DNA of 64,000 nucleotides from the human T2T-CHM13v2.0 reference genome, Homo sapiens, in the NCBI RefSeq assembly GCF_009914755.1, contig NC_060929.1. One strand, given 5' to 3'. A program made the position numbers and the translations under genes. The notes under the pieces were generated by a model. The model was not told the DNA's origin. It ran no database searches and was given only the letters and a program-made list of their open reading frames with translations. This document shows positions 34,358-64,000 of the stretch, piece by piece (within the stretch, counting starts at the first letter, position 1; the number at the start of each line of letters is the position of its first letter).

Positions 34358-34810
34358 TGTTATGGATTAAATTATGTACTCCCCAAATTGACATGTTGAA
34401 GTCTTAACTGTTGGTATTCAGAAGGTGACCTTATTTGGAAATAAGGTTGTTGTAAGTGTAGTTAGTTAAGATGAGTTAATAGGCTGAGCCCTATTTCAAT
34501 CTGACTGATGTGCTGATAAAGGGGGAACTTTGGGTACAGATATTTACACAGGGAAAATGCATGTGAAGATGAAGGCAGAGATTGGAGTGGTGCTTCTATA
34601 TGCTGAAAAACACCAATCGTGGCTAACAAACATCAGAATCTAAGGTAGAAGCATGTAAGAGATTCTTCCTCAGAGCCTTCAAAAGGAACCACCCTACCAA
34701 CATCTTGATTTCAGACTTCTAGCCTCCATAATTGTGAGATAATCCATTTCTATTTTTTAAGCCACCCAATTTGTGGTACTTTGTTATGGCAGTCCCTGCA
34801 AACTGATATA
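34358..34810 (+). mobile_element. MaLR solo LTR (MLT1B/C-like)
   Basis: tgttatggattaaatt..ccccaaa; gtgaccttatttggaaataagg; tttgtggtactttgttatggcag..aaactgatata. Confidence 0.85.
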
Positions 34811-36419
34811 GCGGGCTTATAGTTTTTGTAAAATATAGATATATTTGGACCATTAAAACAAATTTTTTCCTGCCTCCCTCACCCACACTTTCAGGGATCC
34901 CTCAGTACAGAGATGTTAGATCACCTCAAGCTTTGTTTTGTTTTTGAATCTATTTTCTCTGTTTCATTTTGGGTAGTTTCTATTGATATACAAGTTGATA
35001 ATATTTTCCTCTGTAATGTCTAATCTGCAACTAATCACATTCAGTATATTTTTTATCTCAAGTATTGTTGTTTTCACATCTAGAAGTTTGATTTTGGTCT
35101 TAAAAATTTCCTTCCATGTCACTAAGATTAACATTTTAAATCTTTCCTCTACTTTTGTGTATATATAGAGTATATGTTATAATGTTTTGCTGTTTTAGTC
35201 TGCTAATTCATGTGAGTTCTGGATCAATTTTAATTGGTTGATTTTTCTCCTGATTATAGGAGGAGATGGTTATATGTTTTCCTGCTTACTTTCATGCCTG
35301 GTAATTTTTTACTGGATGACATACTGTGAGTTTTACTTTGTTAGGTGCTGAATATTTTGTTTCCCTATAAATATTCTTGAGCTTTTTTTCTGGAAGAGAG
35401 TTAGTTAACTTGGAAACAGTTTTATTCTTTCAGGTCTTGCTTTTAAGTTTAAGTTGCTAGCTGAGACCAGAGCAATTTTTATTCTAGGGCATATTATTCT
35501 CCACTACTGAAGCAGGTCCTTTCTGAGTTATTTATTCAACATCCTATAATTTATGAGGTTTCTTGGTGTGGGTGGTAGCAATAGGCTTTATTCCCAGCCC
35601 TCTGTGAGCATTCTGTATTGCTCCCTTCAATCCTTTCATGTGGTTTCCTGGCCTTCAGTTTTTTTATCCACACACATGCTAACCAGTACTGTGCTGAATA
35701 CTTGAGGCGGATCATCTCCAGATCTCTGGAATTCCCTCTTTAGCTCTCCCCTTTACAATTCTCTGCCCTATGAACTCTAGGCACCTTGGTTTGCCCAATC
35801 TCTTAGTCTCCAGTCAGGGAACCCACTGGGCTCTGCGTGGATTGCCTCTGGTATGGTTTAAAAGTTTTTCAAGGCAGAAAGAGCAATCATGGGCAGCTTG
35901 TTTGTTTCCCATCTCTCAGGATCATTTTCCTCAGTTGCCTAATGTCTTGGAAACCATTCCTTACATGTATTTTGTCTAGGGTTTTAGTTTCGGTGGGAGA
36001 GTAAATCTAGTCCCTATTAATCCATCTTGGGTGAAAGAAGAAATTGATATAACAGTTTTCAAAAAGTAATAATCATACCTTACATGATTGCCATGGTCTT
36101 GGGCCTTGTCACTGCACCAAACTCATAAGAGAAACTATTTCTTTAAAAAAAGATTACGGTAATTCTGGATTAAAAGATTAAAGATCTACTGATGGCACAT
36201 TAATATTGAAAAGGACACCACAGATCTTGGATTTTATAACTGTAATAAGAATAGCCAATGTGTTTGGTGGTTTCAGCATGAGATCTAAGTGAATAAGATT
36301 ATGAATTAAAGTCTTATATGGCATATTTGCTTTTCCCTCTCTGTGAAAGTGGACTGACTATACCCCTGACTCTACCTGGCTGTCTTATAAGGGCGTGCAA
36401 TTGCGCAGATTAGGGTGAG

Positions 36420-36650
36420 CCGGTGTGGTGTATCAGAAAAAGAAGAAATCAAAGAATTGTGAATCAGAAGACAAGATTTTGAGTCCCAACTCTCCTACTT
36501 ATTAACTCTATGACATTAGATAAGTCTTCAGCAATTGCTGAATTGTTTGCTTATCTGTGCAATGGAAACACCAACCTCAGCTCTATTTCTCAGTTGATAT
36601 GAGCATCCTGTGAGACAAAGGATGTGCAAGTGATTTGTTTGCTGCAAACC
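36420..36650 (+). mobile_element. MIR
   Basis: gaatcagaagac..tttgagtcccaactctcctactta..cttatctgtgcaatgg. Confidence 0.6.
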
Positions 36651-37199
36651 ACTAGGGTATATGGTTATTAAAAATCAGAAACCTAAGTACCATCTCTTTG
36701 TATGATAAAGCTCAAAGGCCTGATCTGCTGCATTGCGTGTAACCCACACAAATCATCTTTGAGTCCCTCCACTGTATTCAGCAGGTGCTTTGCACACAGT
36801 ATTATTTCTTTAGTGAAGGATCAGAGAAACTTATTTGCATAGTCCAGTGCTATATAAGAATAGAGATTTCAGAACCACTCACAGCAGAATAACCGTGTAT
36901 CGTACTCACCCTCTACCTCCACTCTGAGTAAAGACATTTGTTACATGTTAGAGTTGGAGAAATTTTAGAAAGGAAATTACAAACTTAGCAGTCTTCAGGC
37001 TACATATTCATCATCATTTTAAAACATTTTTGGTTAATGCAGTATTTTAAAATATTTGTAGCAGTTGCTAACATTTCTAAATTGGGAGATTCCATACAAA
37101 AATACAGATTTCCAGCTTCTCTTGTGAGAACAAAACAAACAGAACTGAAAACACTGCTGGAAGAAAGAAGCAGCTGCCCCTTTTGAATAGGGTAGGCAG

Positions 37200-37553
<354 letters not shown>

Positions 37554-38688
37554 TCAGTCTTCAGTTTGTTTTGGCCAACACTGAGGGTAAGTGGCATATC
37601 AATTGCATATGCTGCTGTTATTAATTTTGTAGTAGAATTAAAATTAAAATCATAAGTATGTTTCTTTATCAAAGTGGGAAAATAAAAGATGAACTGAAAG
37701 GGCTTTATTTTTCATTAAAAGTGAGAGAACATGTGTTTGTGGAAATGAATACTGAATACTTGTGTTAAAAATATAGTTTAAGATGCCATTGCAATAAGAC
37801 TCAGACCATTTTATCCAGGTGTACTACCTGGGTATTTGAATTTAAGCCATGTACTGTAGAGATTATCTATAGTCCTATTTTTATATTCTACAAAGGGAGA
37901 AACTGTAGTTAAAGGTCTACAAAGAGTTGAGATTAGGAATCAGATATGGACTCTTAAAAATTTAAATATATTTAATATTTGTAGAATATTATAGTTTCGT
38001 ATTTGGAGTATAAACGTTTATTAGCAATAGTAGCACCTCTCCCTGTTGAAGGGAACTCAGAGTGGTATAAGAGTTGGTAATGAATACAGGAATAGAAACT
38101 ATGTTTTTTCACCAAGGACTAATACCAGTGCTCCTTGCTGGTTTATACCTCTACGCAGGCAGTGTCTCAGTGACTTTAAGTTACTGTACTTTGTTTGAAG
38201 TGCTGGACAATGTGCTCAGTGCTGTGGTAGTTTAAATGTGGATGAACATTTTGCAGTGGAAGAGAATAAGACTTCAGGTCACAGTAGTACAACTCAAAGC
38301 AAATTTATACCCAGTAAAGCTATCCTTTGGGTATACATACAAACAATCTCATTATCTCAAGTATGCGGGAATGAGAAAAATCAAGATTTGTTAGCACTCG
38401 CTGGAAAAAAATGTCTAGACTATGAAGTGATGAATCCAAATAAATAAAATGGCTATGGAAGAGTTCTGGTTTCTGGGCAGGTGGTGAGCATAAATATAGA
38501 ATGAAGATTAACTGTGAACATGGTGATTACAAATTAGAACAGAAATGTTATATACTTGGTAATGTGAAAATCACAAAGCTAAAAAGAACATGAATGTGGA
38601 GGAGAGAATAAAGTATAGGAGTGTGAATTCTGACATTTTAATCATAGAGACTCAAATGACATTATCCAAAATGAAAACATGATAGTAA

Positions 38689-39003
<315 letters not shown>

Positions 39004-39689
39004 ATGACCCTAGCTTCTTAATGATCTTCCATCCTTTCCATTTTAATAGAGATATTTTAAGAGATAACATTTCATAAGTAAAAAACCTGTTTCCTATAGT
39101 CTAATGGGTCTTTTTATTTGCCTAATATTTTTCTATTAAATTCACATACAATTACATTTATTACATTTAATTTGAAGGTATATCTATATTATAATAATTT
39201 TAATTATGTTATACACATACATATGCACACATGTGAAGTCATAAACACAGAAATATCTGGAATTATGCTCATCTGAGATTAATGATAATATATTGGAATA
39301 TGGATTTTGGGTGACTATTTTTCTTCTCAAATTTGTACTTACTGTATACCTTAAAATTTTCATTATTTTTTGGTAAAAATAATAAAATTATTTCTTTAAA
39401 TCACAAAGAGAATCAGAGTATGTATTTTTTCCGTTATTATTTTTATCTTTTTTTTACACATTTTGAATCTTATCAAATATATGTAAACTCTTATTTATTG
39501 CACCCTCATTATTCCATGCATTCTTCAATTGTATTTATGTTGATATCACAATAATTTTCAAGTTAATATTCTTTTTATATACCATAATTTAATTATTTAT
39601 TTGGGAGCATTTATATTGCTTATGAAACTATGTTGTTATTAATACATATAAATAAATATGTAACAAACATATTTACTTATACCTCAAAT

Positions 39690-46477
<6,788 letters not shown>

Positions 46478-46819
46478 ATGCCTCTATTTTTTAATACAAA
46501 TTTCTGGAAGAGAATTTATTGTGTCAAAGGCATGAAGATACTTAAAGTTTTTGAAATATATTACTAGATTGTCCATAATGGTAATATGTAGGGAGGGCCT
46601 GGAAATAGAGATAACAGCTCTTTGTGCAGAAGCAAAATCAGGTGAGCAATACAGTGGGAGTTAAAAAGAATAGGACTTACTTGGGGATCAATTCTATATG
46701 CCTAATTATATTTTTTGGGAAATAAAATTTTGATAGCAGAATAGAGTCATGTATTCCTAAGGGACAGGTCAATGATATCTTGGCAGCCCCTAGGAGCAAG
46801 TCGAATAGTACATAACCTT

Positions 46820-47848
<1,029 letters not shown>

Positions 47849-47849
47849 A

Positions 47850-49200
47850 TTTTTTTTTCCTTTCAGTAGTTCGAATATATCACCTGTTCTCTACTGGCCT
47901 TTTAAGTTTCTGCTGAGAACTCTGCTGTTAGTCCAATGGAGATTTTCTTGTATGTGACTTGATGCTTTTCTATTGCTGTTTTTACAGTTCTTCATTTTTG
48001 ACTTTTGACAATTTGACTCTAATGTGCCTCAGAGAGAATCATTTTGGGTTGAATCTGTTTGGAGTTCTTTGAGCTTCCTGGATCTCGATGTCCATCTCTC
48101 GCCCAAGACTTGGCAAGTTTTCTGCTATTATTGTTTATTTGCTTTTAACCTGAATGAAGTTATTCAGTCAGTCAACAAGTGTATATTAAATTCAATTGCC
48201 TCATAACGTTGTGAACCTTGCTGTAATATCTTTTGTCTTTGGATGGTATATTGGTCCTAATAGGCTCAGACTTTACATTCATGTGTTCATTGACTGGATT
48301 TAATTTTATATTAGTTTTTTGACTTTTCCCCAGGAAGGACTTGCAAGATTTGTACTTCCTGAGCTCTTTCATGTTAAAAAATTTTACCTTTGTACTTGAA
48401 AGACAGTTTGGTAGGATATAATGTTATTTAGTCATATTTTGTTTCTCTTAGAACTTTGCACATATATCCCTTTATTCTCTTTTGATAATGGATATTGCTG
48501 AGGAGAATTATTAGGCCAGATTTATTTTTGCCTTACATAGAAAAAGATAGAAAATATATGTATTGTATAATACATATTACATTCTCTATATATGTATATA
48601 CACATATACAGTAACACTCGGGTTTTGATACCTGTACCTCAAGTTTTATTTTACTATGGTGTGCCTTTTCAGTATGCAGATTTGGTTCTTGCTCCATTTC
48701 TGGGATAATTTCTATTTTTTACCTGTTTTTATGGTTGAATATCTTTTCAGGGATACCAGATATGTATAATTTAGATCATCTTTGTCCTCCATATTGATTA
48801 TCTATAATTGTTTTGATTTTGTTCTTTAGTCTTTCATTGTGATTCTATTAAATCTTTGCTTTATGTCAGTCATCCACTTTACAGCTGTGTCTGTCCAATT
48901 TCTTTTGTTTGTAATTTATCAGTTTTATAATTATGATATCTTGGCTCTTAATTTGTTTCATTAGCTATGCAATCAGCCATTTAATTTCATTCTGTTCTTT
49001 CACCATTTGGTATCTGATTTCTTGTTTTATTAAATTGTATTGGATTTTGAGTAACGTGAAGCTATTGTGGAGAATTGTCCTTTGTTTCATTGCATATGTT
49101 TTCTTCCAATTGAGGTTCTTCAGAATGCCTTTTGCATGCCACCTTTCATTCTTTCAATGTTTTACTATAGCATTTTTGCACACTTGCCTGACTTTTTCTC
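47850..49200 (-). mobile_element. Old L1M ORF1-region fragments
   Basis: aagtttctgctgagaa..tctgctgttagtc; ttgagcttcctggatct. Confidence 0.6.
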
Positions 49201-50199
49201 TCTCTTTAAAAAATTGCTTACACTTAGTGTAAAATGTCTTAGTCTTTTGGTTGGTTGATGTAATATGAGTGAATTTTCTGTTACTCTTAATAATCTGTTT
49301 TATCTGAGTAATGATGGGTCTAATATTTTTAAATTGAATTGGCTTAGGTGTGACAGAAGAGTGAAAGCTGAGACTAAGGAAGTTGCTCATACTTAGAATT
49401 TATGTTGCCAATCAATAAAAATAGGGCATTTGAAGATGAAAGTACAAAATAATAATGCCATAAGACTGGATAATACAAATACCTGATATACAAAATATGA
49501 TAATATGACTACTACTGATTTCCAGAAAATAAAACTGGATCTTGAGCTCTTTTCTACAATTTTGTTAATCCTATTTGTGGTAGTGTTTCTTAATCTCATG
49601 GTGGAATGGAGATGTTAGAAGATACTCTTGAAGCTGGAATTGTTTCCCCATTTCCTCATAGAAATTTGAGTCTTTCCTTCTGGAAAAGGAAGTCCACTCA
49701 GTTTTCACTTTCACTTTCCATCAATCGTTTACATCAGTCCTCTCAACATTGTTTACATCAGAAGGAGAAAATTTTAAAAACCCTTCCACAGTTTACTGCT
49801 TTTCAAATTTGTGGATATTCATGAGAATTATAGGAATATTATTATTATAATTTACCATTATATCTCCTGGAGCTGAGGTGGATTAGGCACCAAGCAAAAG
49901 GGATTAGCATTTTTTTCCCCTTCTTACCACTGTACATGCCAGGATGCTACTCCTACTTTTTCCATTTTTGTTAACTAAAAAAATTATATTAAGTTTTTTT
50001 GTAATTTGGAGGTACTTATTAGGTATTAAGGGAGAGAGTCTGTAAGCTCCTTTTCTGCCACATCCATTTAGACTTCTTGGTTGTTATATGTATGAATAAT
50101 TTAAACATTAAAAACACATTTATGTGTCCAATATTTTCAGAATATGTTTATATTACTTTTATAAGCAAAGCAACATTTTACAAATTTCAGTTTTGATCT

Positions 50200-50580
50200 C
50201 TTCTTTAAGGTCTACTTCAGTTGCCACTTCTTCCAAGAAACTTCTCTGATATCCCTAGCCAAAAAAAACTTTTCTTTTCACTGAGTTTTTGCATAGTCTT
50301 TCTAGTCATAGAAAATATATTTTATTAACTGCTGTTAAGGACCAGGCACATTTCTAGGTGCTGAGAATATAATTTATAAAATATGATTTTTGTCTTCATG
50401 ATACTACCATTACAGTGATTGGAGGTAGGGAGGAATTGACCTATCATCTGTCTTAACTATTGGTTCTATACATTTTTGCTTATTGAAGTTAGAGTGTTTT
50501 ATTCACTGATATATCTTCCACAAAATCTCATATAATATATGGCACAAAATGGAAGCTAATAAATGTCTGTTGAATTAATG
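50200..50580. mobile_element. L2 relics
   Basis: gccacttcttccaagaaacttctctga; ggcacaaaatggaagctaataaatgtctgttgaattaatg. Confidence 0.55.
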
Positions 50581-51851
50581 TATCCAAAATGAATGTCTTA
50601 TTAGCTGGACTGTGGAAAGACAATGCTTACAAGTGAGAAGCAAGAGGGAAGTAATCACAACCAGGTAAGATTTCAGGCCTATTTAGCTGACAGGATGCCT
50701 GCATAGGCAATTTTAACAGTGTCTCAGTGGTACAGGCACTTTGTTATAAAAATAACAAAGCTGAGCTCAAGCGGTGGTCAAGGCTAGGAAATGATGGGCA
50801 CAGAGAATATCAATGATTCTTGGAGCAGAAGGAGCCAGCCCAGGTAGCACTGAAAGGGTCCCTGGAAGCTGGAGTAAAGTGGTTAAATCATATTTCAATG
50901 CTTCAACTCCTCTTCAGGTTATGAAATTTTCCAACATTACCCAGCATAGAAAGTACAAAATCATTTATAACTAACTTTCAGAGAGAAAGGCTTGAATACC
51001 CAGAGACTTAGAAAAAGTTGAATTCTCATAATTAATTTCATTCTGGAAATGCTAAGCTGGGAAATTTTTCCTTTTCTTATTACAAGGCTGCCATGTTCCT
51101 AGCTGTTGGCAATATAGAGTTGACATTTTTCCAAAACAGGAATCTTCACAGGCATCTTATTTACAACATCAAGTAATGAAATATCATTCTTTGCAATTAC
51201 GTGACCAAGAGCAAAAGAAACAGGCATGGGAACTAAAGAACCCAAGAAGCTAAGCTAAAAGAAGTGTTTTCTTATATTTTGCATTAAAAAATTATTATTT
51301 AGGCTTCATGAGCAAACCATGAAATAAGTGGGGAAAGTGAGGCTTTTGGTATGAATGTAATTTTGAGCAAGTTCATATATTTTGAAGACTATTTGACCAT
51401 TGATACTTAGATTTGGAAGAGTTGTCTAGCCCAGTCAGTTGATGAATGTGATTTTAGTTAGTCTGTGGTTGAATATCATTTTAATAATTATGTATATATT
51501 TTGGAGTGTATTAGGAAGGGAAATAATAAACTCCAAATTCATTTATATGAAAAAGTAATTAATGTAGAGGAATATACTGGAATACATTGGAATAATGGTA
51601 CTAGGAAAATTTTACAAGTGGGTCTTGAATTGCACGTAAAAAATCTGATCTAGACCAAACTCGGGTTCAGTGTAGAAGAATAGTAAGCAGCAAGTGACGT
51701 GGCATGAGTGGGTGAGGGCTCATCTCCTCATTGTAGATTATCTCATTATTATACAAGTCCAGTCCTTGTTAGAGTATCAGAGTTATATTTTTTCCTCTTA
51801 GGTCACACATTCCTAATTCTCACTATGATTCCTCATTTGATGTTGTCTTAA

Positions 51852-52164
<313 letters not shown>

Positions 52165-52299
52165 ATTAATTGCTTTGTCTTTGGGTTACGTCTAGTGATA
52201 CCATTAGAGAAAAATAATGATAGAAGGAAACGTAGAGATCATCTGGCCTGGTGTTTATCAGACTGACAGCACCAGAACTCTTTCTTATCATCTTCCTCC

Positions 52300-58785
<6,486 letters not shown>

Positions 58786-58969
58786 ATTTTTTTTTTTCTT
58801 TTTAAAGGAGTTCTTTTCAGGACTCCAAGTTTAAGAGTTAAGAATGGCCCCTGGACTGATAGGGGTGAGTAAGAAATGTAGGGCCTTATTAATTGATCTC
58901 TATTCTCCAATAGGGGAATTTTCCTGGGAATTCTATGGTTCTATCAAACACAATCTGAAAAATGTAGGT

Positions 58970-59500
58970 TTCAGTTATCTGTTGCTTATTGTTTCTCATT
59001 GTTACATAGCCATCCGATTTTTAGTGGCTTAAAATAGTAATTTATTATTATGTCATATTCTTGTGTATTGACTGGATTCAGCTGAATAGTTTTTTCTTGA
59101 GGTCTCTCAAGGTTGCATCTGAGGTTAGAGTCATCTAGAGACTTCCTCACTCTTATAGTTTCTGACTGAACTAGGATGGCTGGAGGAACTGGGGATTTGA
59201 TGGGTCATTGTGGGCCTTGACCTGGCCTCTCCATGTGGCTAGCTTGAGCTTACTCATAGTATGGCGTTCTCATCTTAAAGGGTAGCTGCCTGTCTCCATA
59301 GTGAGCATTCCAAGAGACTTAGATGGAGGCTTCCAGGCTTCTAGTGACCTATCCCTGTATATCACTCAATACTAATTTCACCATTTCTGCTTGTCAAAGA
59401 ACTCATAAACAGTCCAAATTCAAGAGATGGAAAAATAGGTTCTACCTCTCAATGGGGAAATGTACAGGGAGGATAGGTATTGATGGCAGTCATTTTGAGA
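58970..59500 (-). mobile_element. Old MaLR LTR (MLT1G/H/I-like)
   Basis: tagtggcttaaaa..atttattat; ggcctctccatgtggctagcttgagctt; ccaaattcaagag. Confidence 0.65.
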
Positions 59501-59799
59501 AAAGCTACCTCAGGTAGTATTAAGTCCAGAGAAGGTAAGGACTTATCCCTAGACCCCAGGGCCAAAAATGGCAGAGCCAAGATTTAAGCCAAAATTATAA
59601 AAAATAAAATCCACTTTCTAAGAAAGTCTCAATATCCAATCCTTCCACTTAGTACTGAAAATTAAAAATCTCACTCCACTGACTGTAGATCAAACAGGCT
59701 TTGTATTGAAAATGTTATTATGATTGGCATGAATTTAGATTAAAAAAAAGTAACTAGATCCAATACCTAATAGGTAATGAGAGAACATCATTTATAATT

Positions 59800-60570
59800 T
59801 TATCAGCGAATGTCAAAGGCCTAGAAACAAATCTAGCAAAATATATGTAAGACCTCTAAAGAGAAAATATAAACTGTAGGAAACAGCTATTAAGAAGACT
59901 TAAATAAATGCTGAGATATACCACATTCATGGATAGGAATTCTTAATATCATTGTTGATTCTTCTAAACCTGTTTTGTAGATTCAAAGAATTTCCAATAA
60001 AAATTCTAGCCATTTTTTCCCACACAGAACTTGATTAAGATAATTCTAACACCAACATGAGAGAGTAAAGGGCCAAGAATTGCCAGGACATTTCTGTAGA
60101 AGAGCAGAAAGATATGCAAAACAATGTTTTGCACTGTTAACAATGGCAAAAACCCGGAAATGGCCCAAATGCCCATCTGACGGAATGTATATGAATAAAT
60201 GGTGGTATGTTCATAGAACTGAATGAATATAATTCATTGTTTACACAGTGGTCAAAGCCATGAAGTATAGAGAAATATGACAGTATAGATGAATCTTAGC
60301 AAGTTAATATTAAGGGAAAAAATAAGTGCTCACATTTTAATTCAGCTTGATAACCATTTTGTAAAATAACTATAATACTTTTAGAAGATTCTTATAAATA
60401 TAGTTAAACTATGTAAAAAGGAAAACAAGAGACTTATGAACACAAGATTTAGGATGATGCTTATCTTAGCTGGAGAAAGATAGCAGAATGAGATGGGTTT
60501 CATATGGTTAGTTATTATAAAGTATCTTCTGTTTTGAGTGGTGGGTTGGCAATACTAAACACATTATTAA
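59800..60570 (+). mobile_element. L1ME-like 3' fragment
   Basis: gacttaaataaatg..ataccacattcatggatagga; cccaaatgcccatc; aataaatggtggtat. Confidence 0.65.
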
Positions 60571-61161
60571 AGTTAACCAAATACATAAAGCAGGTCATGC
60601 TAGGGCCAATGAGGAGACCAAAATTATTATTAATTGAATTCTGTACATTTAAGGTCCAGCAAACAAACTCAACCCTGGTAAGTATTGTTCAACCTAGGTA
60701 CTCTGCTATCTACGTTGTGGCAGGTAAACTGACCTTAGGCTAATTATGAGGTTAGGTAGGTTTATCTTTGTTGCTTTCCCATCAGCAGAGCTTGTGCTTA
60801 CTTTGTCTATCTCAAATGGTGTAGAATGACTGACATTTGGAGTTGGCAGTGTCCTAATCCTCTAATTATACTCATTGATTTTTAAAGGGGAGAAAACTAA
60901 GGATAAGAGAATTTATGTGGCAATAGGATGCAATCAAACCAGGACAAGAACATACAATGTATTACTCCTTGTCTGATATCTTTGTTTTTTATATTAATCA
61001 AATTCTAAATTACTGAGGTACCATTGTACAATTAGGCCCTGTGAATTCTATGTATTTATCTGTAATAGATAATACATTTATTTATAATACATTTATTTTT
61101 ACTTTCTGAGACATCAAATTCCAGCATATCTCTAAAGGTATAATTGGAGTTTATCAATTCC

Positions 61162-61212
61162 TTCTCTCTCTCTCTCTACACACACACACACACACGCACA
61201 CACACACACACA
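61162..61212. repeat. (CT)n(CA)n compound microsatellite
   Basis: Direct reading. Confidence 0.95.
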
Positions 61213-61341
61213 GATAAATTACTTATTTGAAAGTTTCAATACCAACACTATCAAATATGATAGGGCCCATATTTATGCCCCTTCACCCCCGACCATATTG
61301 TAAAGCTGGTGGTAAAATTTAGGAGTACAAATGTTCCTTAG

Positions 61342-61495
<154 letters not shown>

Positions 61496-61743
61496 AGATT
61501 ATGTTTTTACCTTTTCTTCATTATATTCATTAAAACATAATAGTCATCTCCTAAAAAAGACAAGGCCAAAGTATGTCAAATTTTGTGTTGCAGTGTTTTC
61601 ATAGTTTATCTATTTTTCTTGGTTTCATCAGAATGGGAGAGGAGGAGTCAGGTTTACATTCACTGGGAAAAAACCCAAGAAATAATTTTCTCATTTTGTA
61701 ACCAAAGCAGGCAATAAAAGAAGATATTTTGGTGTAGCCTGGG

Positions 61744-62056
61744 TGTCTTAGTCCCATTTAGGCTGCTATAACAAAATACCATGAATTGGGCCACTTATAA
61801 ACAGAATATGTTCTCACAGTTCTGGAGGCTGGGAAATCCAAAATCAAGGCATCAGCAGATTGTCTGGTGAAGGCCTGCTTTCCAGATGGCTTTTGATTAT
61901 AACCTCACATGGTGGAAGAGATGAGGGCCTCTCTGAGGTCTCTTTTGTAAGAGCACTAATAACCTCCCAAAGGCCCCATCTCCTAATACTATCATCTTGG
62001 GGGTTAGGATTTCAACACATGAATTTGGCAGAGACACAAACATTCAGACCATAGTA
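61744..62056 (-). mobile_element. MaLR solo LTR (MLT1A0-like)
   Basis: tgtcttagtcc..ggctgctataacaaaatacca ... cacaaacattcagaccatagta; 5-bp TSD ctggg/ctgga. Confidence 0.85.
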
Positions 62057-62112
62057 CTGGATACAGCTATATTTAATTATGGGAAGGATGACGGACTGAC
62101 TGAATGGAATGG

Positions 62113-62570
62113 ACAGTTTTATACGTCAGCTTGATTAGGCTATAGTACTCACTTATTAATCTAATACTAATTTAGGTGTTACTGTGAATGTATTTTGCAG
62201 GTGGGGTTAATAGCTACAATCAGTTGACTTTAAGTGCAAGAGATTACCCTCAACAATGTGTATGGGCATTATTCAATCAGTTAAAGGACTGTAGGAACAA
62301 ATCCTGAATTTTTCTGGAAAGGAGGAACCTTTGCTTCACAACTACATCAACTCCTGCCTGAGTTTTCAGTCTGCTGACCTGCCCTACATTTAATTTAAGA
62401 CCCACCAGCCCCAACAATTGCATGAGCCAATTCCTGAAAATAAATCTCTTTATGTATGTATCACTTATACAAACATTCACACATACGTTAACATACATAC
62501 ATATATATGTGTACGTACATACTTATGCCCCCTATTGGTTCAGTTTCTCTGGAGATTCCTCACTGATATT
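62113..62570 (+). mobile_element. ERVL solo LTR (MLT2D-like)
   Basis: gtcagcttgattaggct; aatcagttgactttaagt; catgagccaattcc..aataaatctc; cctattggttc..tttctctggag. Confidence 0.8.
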
Positions 62571-62659
62571 CTTGCCTCATGAAGTGAAAGAGTACTGGGG
62601 AATTGGAGTTGTTCTGGTTTTCCCATTAACCAGTAAGGTGAACTCAAACAGTCTACGGG

Positions 62660-63800
62660 CTTCTTGAGAGCAAGGACTACATTTTCCTTACTGATATTTC
62701 TCTGACATCTACATAGCTCCTAGTGCACATTAGGTGCTCAGTAAGTATTTGATGAGTGAATGAATAGATGAATAGTCTGCCTTTTCCTTGGGCTCAGTTG
62801 TCTTTTCTAGAAAAGAAGGAGGTTGATCTAACTACATTCCCTTAGGCTCTTCCAGAAATGTAGAGTAGCAATTAAGAAATTCAGGTCTGGATTCAGGCAC
62901 AATGGGTTTGAATCCCAGCCATGCCACTTAATAGCTATATGACTTTGGGTAATTTAGTTTAACCAATCAGTATGGGTATTCCCACCAAACATTACCTCAT
63001 TTAATCCTTACCACAAGTCTAAATGATATATATATAGTGTTTATTCTCCTTGGAACTCACCCTGCTCTGACCCAATATACTTCAACTCTTCTGTGGGCAA
63101 AGCAGGTGGACGGACATGCATGTGTGATTCTGTTCCACACAGCAAAGACATCAATGCCTCCTCCTGTTCTCCTGGCTAATCTGAGCTACAGCCACATGTG
63201 CTGCCAGAGGCATTTGGCAGACTAACCCAATGTTCAGTTAGGTGTGTAAAGAGTAAGTCAGTAGCTCAATGGGGCAGCATAATTAGTTCAAATATGTGGG
63301 CCCAGTCCTCATAGATATCGTGCCCTGAGCAGTGGGATTTGGTGTTAAATGGAGTTGGAGACATGCTGGGTCACAAACAGAAGCTACACCTCAGGCTTGA
63401 TTTCTGGTCTGTGAAATGGGAGTCGAGTGGGCAAGGAGCCCCCAGGATTTTCCATGAGGAGGCACTGAGCACTATTCCAAGGGGAGAACCATAAGATCTG
63501 TCTGGGTTTAATGCTAAGTCAGAAACCAGAGTGGAAGCCCTATCCAAAATTCATCCAATGTCTGCGGTTATTTCAGACAGCTGCATGCTCTGTATCACAT
63601 TGTTCCATTTTACTGTCATCACATCACCTAACCTCACTGGACATTATTTTGTTCATTTACTCACTTACTTATTTACTCTCTGTCTCACTGACCAGACTTA
63701 AGCATCTGAGAATAAGAACCTTACATTTTTTGTTCACTGTTGGATCATCAGCTTCTAGAATAGTTGATTTGATATATACTTGTCAAATGAATGAATGAAA
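62660..63800. mobile_element. L2 3' ends (62660-62770, 63600-63800) and MIR (62870-63020)
   Basis: taggtgctcagtaagtatttgatgagtgaatgaat; gggtttgaatcccagcc..gactttggg; aatgaatgaatgaa. Confidence 0.6.
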
Positions 63801-64000
63801 AAATCCTTTCTCTTAGGGACATCTGAAAAGCACCAGGCAACTAGCAGAGATGTAAATTAGTTTTGTTCTTTTTTTTTTGGCCACTGACCGAACACCTTTC
63901 AAGATCATGATATTATAAGGGAAAAGGAAAGTTGGATTAAAAGTAACTATGCACTCCCTCCATTGCCCATCTAAGCTTCAATACACTATAATTTGTTTTC

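Noticed and set aside
36073-36150. Possible - strand exon (tttttaaag ... AAG|gtatga)
   Set aside because: No recognisable peptide, stops in some frames, and opposite to the inferred host strand
50604-50670. Possible 60-nt in-frame exon ending CAG|GTAAGA
   Set aside because: Weak acceptor without a polypyrimidine tract, directly after an L2 tail; peptide unrecognised

Overview
Primate (human-like) non-coding genomic DNA; no recognisable host protein-coding exon, tRNA, rRNA or CRISPR. Roughly three quarters is interspersed repeat. It holds three full-length but ORF-disrupted L1PA elements (one L1PA4-like on +, two L1PA7-like on -), older nested L1PB/L1M elements, about a dozen Alus (many with clean TSDs), MaLR/MLT2 LTRs, MER20, MIR/L2 relics and microsatellites. 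Nearly all L1s are on the - strand, as expected inside an intron of a + strand gene (inference). Almost all listed ORFs are L1, Alu or simple-repeat artefacts. The most interesting signals are: (1) a unique CpG-retaining island at about 22.95-23.57 kb with a perfect CRE and a ~210-nt nested, G-U-containing stem structure that favours a + strand RNA; (2) two pairs of neighbouring, independently inserted L1s sharing apparently non-consensus variants, including inactivating ones, suggesting ancient local gene conversion or local re-insertion; (3) templated micro-rearrangement scars inside L1s; (4) a diverged ~160-bp direct duplication. Subfamily names are by-eye calls from recalled consensus sequences and need RepeatMasker/Dfam confirmation.
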